From Candidatus Eiseniibacteriota bacterium (GTDB lineage: Bacteria > ARS69): a DNA stretch of 21,251 nt. Of the stretch, positions 1-7,313 are shown in pieces; the stretch's first letter is position 1; each line of letters starts with the position of its first letter. Location: the NCBI GenBank assembly GCA_052390515.1, contig JBQTGV010000161.1:1-21251 (forward strand). The letters run 5' to 3'. A program made the translations under genes and the position numbers. The notes under the pieces are model-generated. The model saw nothing but the letters and a program-made list of their open reading frames with translations. It was not told where the DNA came from and did not search any database.

Positions 1-53
1 GCCCGCATGTGCAGGCCGGCGACGTTGGGGATGGTGATCTTTTTGCGGAGCAC
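1..53 (-). CDS. ptsH: Phosphocarrier protein HPr, N-terminal fragment (continues off the left edge)
   Basis: Not in the ORF track. Manual translation from GTG at 53 gives MLRKKITIPNVAGLHMR, the HPr GLHxR motif with His at position 15 and Arg at 17. GGGAGA RBS-like sequence upstream; directly follows hprK. Confidence 0.9.
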   Translation of the reverse strand, partial: MLRKKITIPNVAGLHMR

Positions 54-67
54 CGTCTCTCCCGCCG

Positions 68-1045
68 TCAGTCGGTGTCGTCGTGATCGGCGACGCCCTG
101 CGTGGAGGCGGCGCGGTCACGGTTCATGAGTTCCTTCAGGCGCTCGTCCAGATCCGCGGCCGGATTGCGACCGGATGCCTTGACCAGGTGGTTCATGGCC
201 ACGACCTCGGCCAGGACGGAGACGTTCTTGCCCGGAACGAGCGGGATGGTGACGTAGGGCAGGCGCACGCCGAGGATGGAGCGGGTCCGCTCCTCCAGCC
301 CGAGCCTCTCGTAGGGCGTGCCCGGACTCCAGCGGACCAGCCGGACCTCCACCTCGATCCGCTTGCGCACCCGCGTGGCGCGGACGCCGAACATCTCCCG
401 CACGTCGATGATCCCCACCCCTCGAATCTCCATGCGGTGGCCGACGAGCTCGTTGGCGTTGCCGACCAGCGTGTTCGGCGGGCGGCGACTGACGATGACG
501 ATGTCGTCGGCCACGAGGCGATGGCCGCGCTCGACGAGATCGAGCGCGGTCTCGCTCTTGCCGATGCCGCTCTCCCCGGTGAAGAGCAGCCCCACTCCGT
601 ACACGTCCACGAAGGAGCCGTGCAGGGTCGTGCACGGCGCGAACACGTTGTTCAGGTGCGCCGTGAGCACGTGGATGAACGGCGTCGTGGACATCTTGGT
701 GCGCAGCAGCGGAACGTCGTGCTCGCGACAGCGGCGCTCGATGTGCGGATCGATGGGCAGCCCCTTGGACACGATCAGGCAGGGCAGATCGCGCTCGAAG
801 AGGCGGTCGATCGCGGCGCGGCGCGCGTCGTCGGCGAGCGTGTTCAGGTAGAGGGTCTCGGTCTCGCCGAGGATCTGGATGCGCTCGTACAGGAAGTTCT
901 CGGTGAAGCCGGCGAGCGCCAGACCGGGGCGATTCACGTCGCTCACCGTGATGGGGAGCTTCGCCCCGCGGCCCGGATGGATCACCTCCAGCCCGAACTC
1001 CGCTTCCTTCGCCTCCACCAGCTGCGCCGCCGAGATCCCCTTCAC
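68..1045 (-). CDS. hprK: HPr(Ser) kinase/phosphorylase
   Basis: N-terminal VNRPGLALAGF, Walker A GESGIGKSE, HRLVADD and EIRGVGII signatures. GTG start with AGGAGG RBS. Confidence 0.97.
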   Translation of the reverse strand: MKGISAAQLVEAKEAEFGLEVIHPGRGAKLPITVSDVNRPGLALAGFTENFLYERIQILGETETLYLNTLADDARRAAIDRLFERDLPCLIVSKGLPIDPHIERRCREHDVPLLRTKMSTTPFIHVLTAHLNNVFAPCTTLHGSFVDVYGVGLLFTGESGIGKSETALDLVERGHRLVADDIVIVSRRPPNTLVGNANELVGHRMEIRGVGIIDVREMFGVRATRVRKRIEVEVRLVRWSPGTPYERLGLEERTRSILGVRLPYVTIPLVPGKNVSVLAEVVAMNHLVKASGRNPAADLDERLKELMNRDRAASTQGVADHDDTD

Positions 1046-1053
1046 GCCCCCTC

Positions 1054-1554
1054 CTATCCCGCGACCTCGATGAGCTTCACCGACCCGTCGGGTCGGCGGT
1101 ACACGACGCGGGTCGCCCCGCTGTCCGTGTCCGCGAACACGACGATCTCCTCGCCCTCTTCGATCCGGCCGGTGGCCTCCTCGAGCGACATCATCTCGCG
1201 GGTCCTGCGTTCACTCACGATGCGCGTCTCTCCCATCGCGCCGATCTCCTTTTCGTCGCCGTTGCCGCCGTGGTCCTTGCGCCTTCGCATCGAACGCCGG
1301 ATCTGCCGTTCCACCTTCTCGCAGGCGCCGTCGATGGACAACACCATGTCGCCGGACTCGGCTTTCGCCGTGAAGTCCGCCTGCGGGCCATGCACGGAAA
1401 CCTCGGCGATCTTCCGGTACTTCTCGACCTCGAGCACGACGTGCGCGTTCAGCAGGTCGGCCGTGTACTTCTCGAAACGAGCGAGCCGCCTCTCCGCATG
1501 CTCCTTGAGATCGGGCGTGAGCTCGAAGTGGCGAGCCGTGACGGAGACCTTCAT
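1054..1554 (-). CDS. hpf: Ribosome hibernation promoting factor, long form (HPF/RaiA, sigma54 modulation protein)
   Basis: MKVSVTARHFELTPDLKEHAE N-domain and a C-terminal domain MSLEEA...VVYRRPDGSVKLIE typical of long HPF. Start moved to ATG 1554, which has an AAGGAG RBS. Canonical position after rpoN. Confidence 0.93.
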   Translation of the reverse strand: MKVSVTARHFELTPDLKEHAERRLARFEKYTADLLNAHVVLEVEKYRKIAEVSVHGPQADFTAKAESGDMVLSIDGACEKVERQIRRSMRRRKDHGGNGDEKEIGAMGETRIVSERRTREMMSLEEATGRIEEGEEIVVFADTDSGATRVVYRRPDGSVKLIEVAG

Positions 1555-1579
1555 GGGACTCTCCTTGGAGAGGGACAAG

Positions 1580-3064
1580 CTAGAACTCCTTGCGGTAACG
1601 AGCCGACAGGATTCCCATCTTCTCCCGGTACTTCGCGACCGTTCGACGGGCGACGATCAGTCCCTCCTTTCGCAGCAGCTCCGCGATCTTCTGGTCCGAC
1701 AGCGGTTTCCTCCGGTCCTCCTTCTCGATCAACAGCCGGATGCGCTCCATGGCCATCTTGGACGACACCGCATCCCCGCTCTCGGTGTCCAGGCCGCTGG
1801 AGAAGAAGTACTTCAGCGGGAAGACTCCGCGCGGGGTCTGCACGTATTTGTTCGTCGTGACCCGGCTGACCGTCGACTCGTGCATGCCGATCTTCTCGGC
1901 GACGTCCTGCAGCGTGAGCGGGCGAAGCGCCTCCGGCCCGCGCTCGAAGAAGTCCCGTTGCGACTCGACGATGCACTCCATCACTTTGATCATGGTGCGG
2001 CGGCGCTGCTCGATGGTCTGGATGAGCCAGTTCGCCGACTTGATCTTGTCCTGGACGAAGCGCACCTCCTCGGAACGAGCCGCTCGCGCCCGCTCGCCGG
2101 CCTCGGAGGTCGGGGGCGACGCCTCGCCGTTGGTCGAGGGAGCCTGGCGGCCGAGGATCTCCCGGTACTGCCGGCTGACTCTGAGCCGCGGGACGCTCCC
2201 TTCCGCGAGGGACACGACGTACTGGCCGTCCACCTTCTCGAGGACGAGATCGGGAACGACGTAGGGCGAGTCCTCCAGGGCGATCTGCGCCCCGGGCCGC
2301 GGGTTCAGTCCGGCGATCTCCCGCCCGGCCTCCTGCACGTCCGCCGGGGTGACCTTGAGCGCGCGCGCGATCTCCTGGAACTGCTTCTGCTTGAACGCCT
2401 CGAAGTGGTCTCGGACGACGGCCGCTGCGAGGCCGTCCCCCCGACCCTGCGCCTTGAGCTGGATCAGCAGGCACTCGGGCATGTCCCGCGCGCCGATGCC
2501 GGAGGGCTCGAGCTCCTGGACCCGCCGCAGGGCCGCCTCGACCGCCTCGCGGGATGCGCCGAGCTGGTCGGCGACCTCCTCCAGCGGGACGCCCAGGAAG
2601 CCGCTGTCGTCCAGGCAGCCGATCAGGTACTCGCCGATGCGGCGCGTCTCCTCGTCGAGCTCGAGCATGTGCAACTGCTCGGTCAGACTGTCGAGCATCG
2701 TCGCGCGGCCCACCGGCGTCTTCTCGAAGAACTCGGTCTCCTCCCGCTCGTTGCGGAAGCCCTCCCCGTACTCGAAACCGTCGCCGATGAAGTCGCTCCA
2801 GTCGAAGTCGTCCGCGTTTGCGGGGGTCTCGTCCGCGGGGGCCTCCGGCGCCTCCGCGGGGACCGCGTCCGGCGTCTCCGGCGCCGCCGCTTCGTTAGAT
2901 TCCTCCTCGTCCACCTCGAGCAGCGGGTTGGCCAGCAGCTCCTGCTCGATGTGCTGGGACAGCTCGAGAGACGGCATTTGCAGCAGGCGGAGAGCCTGCT
3001 GCAGACGCGGCGTCATCACCAGCTTCAGGGTCTGTTTCTGGGCGAGGCGAAGTCCGAGCTCCAT
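1580..3064 (-). CDS. rpoN: RNA polymerase sigma-54 factor
   Basis: Region I QKQTLKLVMTPRLQQALRLLQ, HTH MHESTVSRVT, PLSDQKI and RpoN box ARRTVAKYRE. Confidence 0.98.
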   Translation of the reverse strand: MELGLRLAQKQTLKLVMTPRLQQALRLLQMPSLELSQHIEQELLANPLLEVDEEESNEAAAPETPDAVPAEAPEAPADETPANADDFDWSDFIGDGFEYGEGFRNEREETEFFEKTPVGRATMLDSLTEQLHMLELDEETRRIGEYLIGCLDDSGFLGVPLEEVADQLGASREAVEAALRRVQELEPSGIGARDMPECLLIQLKAQGRGDGLAAAVVRDHFEAFKQKQFQEIARALKVTPADVQEAGREIAGLNPRPGAQIALEDSPYVVPDLVLEKVDGQYVVSLAEGSVPRLRVSRQYREILGRQAPSTNGEASPPTSEAGERARAARSEEVRFVQDKIKSANWLIQTIEQRRRTMIKVMECIVESQRDFFERGPEALRPLTLQDVAEKIGMHESTVSRVTTNKYVQTPRGVFPLKYFFSSGLDTESGDAVSSKMAMERIRLLIEKEDRRKPLSDQKIAELLRKEGLIVARRTVAKYREKMGILSARYRKEF

Positions 3065-3085
3065 GTTTCTCCCGTGTCGTCCGTG

Positions 3086-3829
3086 TCAGAGCGTGAATCG
3101 GTCGCCCAGGTAGATGGCCCGGGCTTCCGGATTCTCGGCCAGCTCCCTCGCGGTCCCTTTGATCAGGACCTTGCCCTTGAACAGAATGTACGCGCGGTTC
3201 GTGATGTGCAAAGTCTCCCGGACGTTGTGGTCGGTGATCAGCACGCCCAGACCCCGCTCCCGCAGCCCGGCGATGATCTCCTGGATGTCACCCACCGCGA
3301 TCGGATCGATGCCGGCGAAGGGCTCGTCCAGCAGTAGGAACGACGGGCGCGTGACCAGTGCCCGCGCGATCTCCACGCGCCGGCGTTCGCCGCCGGAGAG
3401 CGTGAACGCCTTCTGGTCCGCGACCTGCGTGATGCGCAGCTCCTGGAGGAGCCCGTCGAGCCGGCTCTCCCTCTCGCGGCGGTCCAGAGACATCGTCTCC
3501 AGGATGGCACGGATGTTCTCCCGCACGGTGAGACCCCGGAAGATCGACGCTTCCTGCGGCAGGTAGCCGATGCCCTTGCGAGCGTGCAAGTACATCGGCA
3601 GCCGGGTCACGTCCTCGCCGTCGATCGATACCGTGCCCGCTTCGGCGGGCACGAGACCCGTCATCATGTAGAAGGTCGTCGTCTTGCCGGCGCCGTTCGG
3701 GCCCAGCAGGCCGACCACCTCCCCGCGCCGCACCTCGACGTCCACCTCGTCCACCACGCGATGGCCGCGGTAGCTCTTGACGAGGCCCCGGCCGCAGAGC
3801 CCGGGTGCCTCCTTCCCGTTCGTACTCAC
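3086..3829 (-). CDS. lptB: LPS export ABC transporter ATP-binding protein
   Basis: Walker A GPNGAGKTT, YLPQEASIF, signature LSGGERRRVEIARAL, LLDEPFAGIDP, ITDHNVRETL; directly upstream of rpoN. Confidence 0.97.
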   Translation of the reverse strand: MSTNGKEAPGLCGRGLVKSYRGHRVVDEVDVEVRRGEVVGLLGPNGAGKTTTFYMMTGLVPAEAGTVSIDGEDVTRLPMYLHARKGIGYLPQEASIFRGLTVRENIRAILETMSLDRRERESRLDGLLQELRITQVADQKAFTLSGGERRRVEIARALVTRPSFLLLDEPFAGIDPIAVGDIQEIIAGLRERGLGVLITDHNVRETLHITNRAYILFKGKVLIKGTARELAENPEARAIYLGDRFTL

Positions 3830-4407
3830 CCCTCGTCCTCTTCCCCGAGCGCCTGCTCGGGGTCCCGGACCGAGCCGTGGACGTTCCGACGGATGTCGAT
3901 GCGGTTCAGACCCGGATCCGCTTCCATACCGAATCCGGTGAGCACGTCCTCGCCCTTCTCGATCCGGACGAACTCCTCGGTGTGGATGAGCGCTCGTTGA
4001 TGATCCCAGAAGAGCACCTCGGTTTCGAGGACGGTTCCCTCGTCGGTGACGACGCGCACGTCGCCGCGCGCCTCGAGATCGTCGGTCGTCTGCAGGAGGA
4101 TCCCGAGCTTCGCGGTGAGCGTCGAAACGTGCCGCTCCTCCTCGAAGAAGTTCACCTCCACCGGATACGCCTCGACCCGCTTCGTCTCGCGGAAGACCGA
4201 GGCGCTGTCGGCGGCGAGCACCCAGCGCGTGTCCCCGACGCGTATGTTCTGGATCCGGACCCCACGCATCCCCTCGTTCGGTGCGCGGGACGGTTCCTGC
4301 ATGGCCGCGGGGTTGCTATCCCCCGACCGGCACCCCGGAAGCAGGCCGAGAAGCAGAAGCCCCAGGGCCAGCCACCTCGTTGCGCCCCCCTCACCCTTCT
4401 TCATCAT
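3826..4407 (-). CDS. lptC: LPS export periplasmic protein LptC
   Basis: N-terminal hydrophobic segment ending LLPGC, then a beta-rich pattern (LEARGDVRV..LETEVLFWD..IHTEEFVRI..LTGFGMEAD). 4-bp overlap with lptB. Confidence 0.85.
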   Translation of the reverse strand: MMKKGEGGATRWLALGLLLLGLLPGCRSGDSNPAAMQEPSRAPNEGMRGVRIQNIRVGDTRWVLAADSASVFRETKRVEAYPVEVNFFEEERHVSTLTAKLGILLQTTDDLEARGDVRVVTDEGTVLETEVLFWDHQRALIHTEEFVRIEKGEDVLTGFGMEADPGLNRIDIRRNVHGSVRDPEQALGEEDEG

Positions 4408-5378
4408 CGGACGCTGACGACCTCCCTTGAACGTTGAAAACGCGACGGATATGAGCGTTCCTTCGAGATCTTTCTCGCACTAGGGTCCCCGGCCGGCGGC
4501 GCAGTCTTCCAGCGCCGGTGGTACCACACCCACTGCTCCGGATGCAGGCGAACGGCCTCCTCCAGGATCCGGTGCCACCGCTCCGCGTCCTCGCGGGCGC
4601 CGCCGGCGGTGGTCGGCTCCGGGACCTCCGGAAGGACCTGCACCCGGTGCACCCCGTCCCGGCCCAGATGGATCCATAGAGGCACGAGCGCCGCCCCCGT
4701 CCGCCGGGCGATGCGGAACGGGCCTTCCGGCGTTCGCGCCGGCCTTCCGAAGAAGTCGGCGAAGACCGAGGGGCCCCCCGTGTCCTGATCGGCGAGCGTA
4801 CCCACGATCTCGCCGCGGCGGAGCGCTCTCACGGCGGGATACAGGCCCTCCTGGCGCGTCACCACCCGGATGCCGCACGCGCGGCGCCAGCGGTTCAGCA
4901 GCCGGTCGGAGCGCTCGTCGAAGATCCGCCGCGCGATGATGGTCATCGGATAGCCGCGGGCGGCGAGCGCCGCGGCGAGCACCTCCCAGTTGCCGAGATG
5001 CGCGGAGAGGATGACGACCCCCCGGCCGCGGGCGAGGGCGCGGTCCAGGTGCTCGAGGCCTTCGAAGGAGACTATCCGGGCGAAGCCCTCGGCCCCGATC
5101 CGGGGGAGGCGAAACAAGTCGACGAGGTTTCTCCCGATGGCCCGGAACATCTCGCGGACGATCCGGTGCCGCTCGCGGGCGTCCGCCCCGACCTGCGCGA
5201 TCTCGAGATGACGGAGGGACCGGGCCACGGCCGGTCGATCGATGAAGCGCACGGCCGAGCCGAGGGTAGCGAAGCAGTGCATGGCCGGTCGGCGCGGGAG
5301 GAGGCGGGCCCAGATCTCGAGCCCCCGGACCGCGGCGTGGAACAGGATCCGCTTCGTGGTGCGGAGCTTGCCTCTCAC
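4404..5378 (-). CDS. lpxL: Lipid A late acyltransferase (LpxL/HtrB family lysophospholipid acyltransferase)
   Basis: SAHLGNWE catalytic motif, LADQD, FFGRPA and PEQWVWYHRRWK. Start placed at GTG 5378 because the ORF-track TTG at 5435 coincides with a -35 box. Confidence 0.88.
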   Translation of the reverse strand: MRGKLRTTKRILFHAAVRGLEIWARLLPRRPAMHCFATLGSAVRFIDRPAVARSLRHLEIAQVGADARERHRIVREMFRAIGRNLVDLFRLPRIGAEGFARIVSFEGLEHLDRALARGRGVVILSAHLGNWEVLAAALAARGYPMTIIARRIFDERSDRLLNRWRRACGIRVVTRQEGLYPAVRALRRGEIVGTLADQDTGGPSVFADFFGRPARTPEGPFRIARRTGAALVPLWIHLGRDGVHRVQVLPEVPEPTTAGGAREDAERWHRILEEAVRLHPEQWVWYHRRWKTAPPAGDPSARKISKERSYPSRFQRSREVVSVR

Positions 5379-5406
5379 CCGATCGCCCCCCTGTCGCCTG
5401 CAAACG

Positions 5407-5435
5407 AATCTAGGCGGGCGATCGAGCCGCGTCAA
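5407..5435 (-). promoter_or_regulatory. Sigma70-type promoter for lpxL-lptC-lptB-rpoN-hpf-hprK-ptsH
   Basis: Minus strand TTGACG (5435-5430), 17-bp spacer, TAGATT (5412-5407), in the kdsD-lpxL gap. Confidence 0.7.
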
Positions 5436-5451
5436 GCAAGACGGATGCCAA
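5435..5451 (-). promoter_or_regulatory. Sigma54 (-24/-12) promoter or binding site
   Basis: Minus strand TTGGCATCCGTCTTGCT matches TGGCAC-N5-TTGCW with exact GG-N10-GC spacing; intergenic. Confidence 0.65.
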
Positions 5452-5454
5452 CGG

Positions 5455-6468
5455 TCAGCGTAGCCCTGCGTCGAGGCAGTCGTGCAGGTGCAGAACCCCC
5501 ACGGGCCGCCGCTCCTCGTTCACCACCACCAGTGCGGTGATGCGTCGCGCGGGCTGCTCCATCCGCTGGATCGCGCGCACGACGAGCTCGTCCGGGCCGA
5601 TCGTCCGGGCGTCGCGGGTCATGAGCTCCGCGACCGGGTGATCCACGGCCGCGCGGTCGGCGAGCAGCGCGCGGCGCACGTCACCGTCGGTGAGCACGCC
5701 GAGCAGCGTCCCGTCCCCATCGACGACGACGGCGAGACCGAGCCGCTTGTCGGAGATGACGTGCAGCACGTCGAGGAGCGTGCGATCGCCGCTGACCAGC
5801 GGAAGCTCGGTCCCGCGGTGCATCAGCTCGCGCACCCGCAGCGTGAGCCGGCGGCCGAGGGCGCCACCGGGATGCAGTGCCGCGAAGTCCTCGGGGCGAA
5901 GCCCCCGCGCGCGGAACAGCGTGATGGCCACTGCGTCCCCCAGCGCGATCGTCGCCGTCGAGGAAGCCGAGGGAATCAGGTCGTCGGGATCCGCCTCGGG
6001 ACCGACGTCGAGCACCACGGTCACGTCGGCCTCGCGGGCGAGCGGAGAGTCCGCGGTCGAGGTCCACGCGATGATGGGGACGCCGAGCCGCTCGGCGGTG
6101 GCCAGCACCGAGGTGAGCGGCTCCACGTCTCCGCTGCGGGAAATGGCGACCAGCGCGTCGCCGGGTTGCACGAGCCCCAGTTCCCCGTGCGCGGCTTCCG
6201 CGGGGTGCACGAAGATCGCCGGCGCGCCGGTGCTGCACAACGTCGACGCGAGCTTCCGCCCGGCGATTCCCGACTTGCCCATTCCGGTGACGAGGATGCG
6301 CCCGCCGTGCTCGAGAGCCGCGCGCAGCGTCTCCACCGTCTCGACGAACGACGCGTCGAGACCTTCGGCGAGCCGGCGCAGCGCATCCGCCTCCCGGGCG
6401 ATCACCTCGCGCCCGCAGGCGGTGAGCTCGATCCCCACGCCGGGACCGCGGCCGCGGGCGTGCGTCAT
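5455..6468 (-). CDS. kdsD: Arabinose-5-phosphate isomerase (KpsF/GutQ family, SIS plus CBS domains)
   Basis: VTGMGKSG, HPAEAAHGELG, HPGGALGRRL and CBS pair (GVLTDGDVRR, GVLHLHD). 4-bp overlap with kdsA. Confidence 0.95.
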   Translation of the reverse strand: MTHARGRGPGVGIELTACGREVIAREADALRRLAEGLDASFVETVETLRAALEHGGRILVTGMGKSGIAGRKLASTLCSTGAPAIFVHPAEAAHGELGLVQPGDALVAISRSGDVEPLTSVLATAERLGVPIIAWTSTADSPLAREADVTVVLDVGPEADPDDLIPSASSTATIALGDAVAITLFRARGLRPEDFAALHPGGALGRRLTLRVRELMHRGTELPLVSGDRTLLDVLHVISDKRLGLAVVVDGDGTLLGVLTDGDVRRALLADRAAVDHPVAELMTRDARTIGPDELVVRAIQRMEQPARRITALVVVNEERRPVGVLHLHDCLDAGLR

Positions 6469-7313
6469 CGGCCGGTCCCCACGCGCTCCGTGGAGCCGGA
6501 GCGGACCGCTTCGCGGATGGCGCGGAGCCGGAGCAGGATCCCTTCCACACGGTCGAGCGGAACCATGCTCATCGCGTCGCAGAGGCCCCGCGACGGCTCC
6601 GGATGCGTCTCCAGGAAAGCCGCGTCCGCGCCCGCCGCCACGCCCGCGCGCGCGAGGGTCTCGATGTGTTCCGGCTCCCCGCCCGCTGGATCGTCGGAGC
6701 GGACGCCGTAGATGCGCACCGCGTGCGTCGCGTCGATGACCACCGGCACGCCCAGCTGCTGCATCTTGGGAATGGAGCGCATGTCCACGACGAGGTGGCG
6801 GTAGCCGAAGCAGCTCCCGCGCTCGGTCAACAGGATCCGCTCGTTGCCCGCACGCCGGATCTTGCCGATGGCGGCGGCCATGTCCTCCGGCGCGACGAAC
6901 TGGCCCTTCTTGACGTTGATCACAGCGCCGGTGCGGGCCGCGGCGACGGTGAGCCGCGTCTGCTGGCAGAGGTAGGCCGGGATCTGGATGACGTCGAGCA
7001 CCTCCCCGGCGGGTCCCACATCGGAGAGATCGTGCACGTCGGAGAGGACCGGCAGACCCGTCGCCGCCCGGACCTCCTCGAGCACGCGCAGCCCTTCTTG
7101 CAGGCCGGGTCCCTGGAACGAGAGCTCCGAGGATCGGTTGTCCTTCAGGAAGGAGCTCTTGAAGACGACGGGCACTCCCGTTCGCCGGGAGATGCGCGCG
7201 AGCTCCTCGCCCACGCGGAGGCAGAGCTCGCGGCTCTCGATCACGCAGGGGCCGAGGATCGCCGCGAGCGGGGCATCCCCGCCGATGCGGATCCCGCGCA
7301 CCTCCAGCGTCAT
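6465..7313 (-). CDS. kdsA: KDO-8-phosphate synthase, metal-dependent type, with divergent motifs
   Basis: C-terminal 282 aa of ORF 6465..9293, starting MTLEVRGIRIG at ATG 7313. Motifs GPCVIES, NVKKGQF, LTERGSCFGY, LVVDMR, DATHAV, FLETHPEP. Confidence 0.93.
   Translation of the reverse strand: MTLEVRGIRIGGDAPLAAILGPCVIESRELCLRVGEELARISRRTGVPVVFKSSFLKDNRSSELSFQGPGLQEGLRVLEEVRAATGLPVLSDVHDLSDVGPAGEVLDVIQIPAYLCQQTRLTVAAARTGAVINVKKGQFVAPEDMAAAIGKIRRAGNERILLTERGSCFGYRHLVVDMRSIPKMQQLGVPVVIDATHAVRIYGVRSDDPAGGEPEHIETLARAGVAAGADAAFLETHPEPSRGLCDAMSMVPLDRVEGILLRLRAIREAVRSGSTERVGTGR

Noticed and set aside
83-3337. 1084-aa plus-strand ORF and other long plus-strand ORFs (5482..6711, 7421..9184, 10343..12910, 12661..14556, 15765..17606, 17711..19318)
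   Set aside because: Antisense shadows of well-supported minus-strand genes. High GC suppresses stop codons and the translations have no recognisable motifs.
5379-5435. TTG start of lpxL at 5435
   Set aside because: It coincides with the -35 hexamer. GTG 5378 has a G-rich RBS-like sequence and lies downstream of the predicted TSS.
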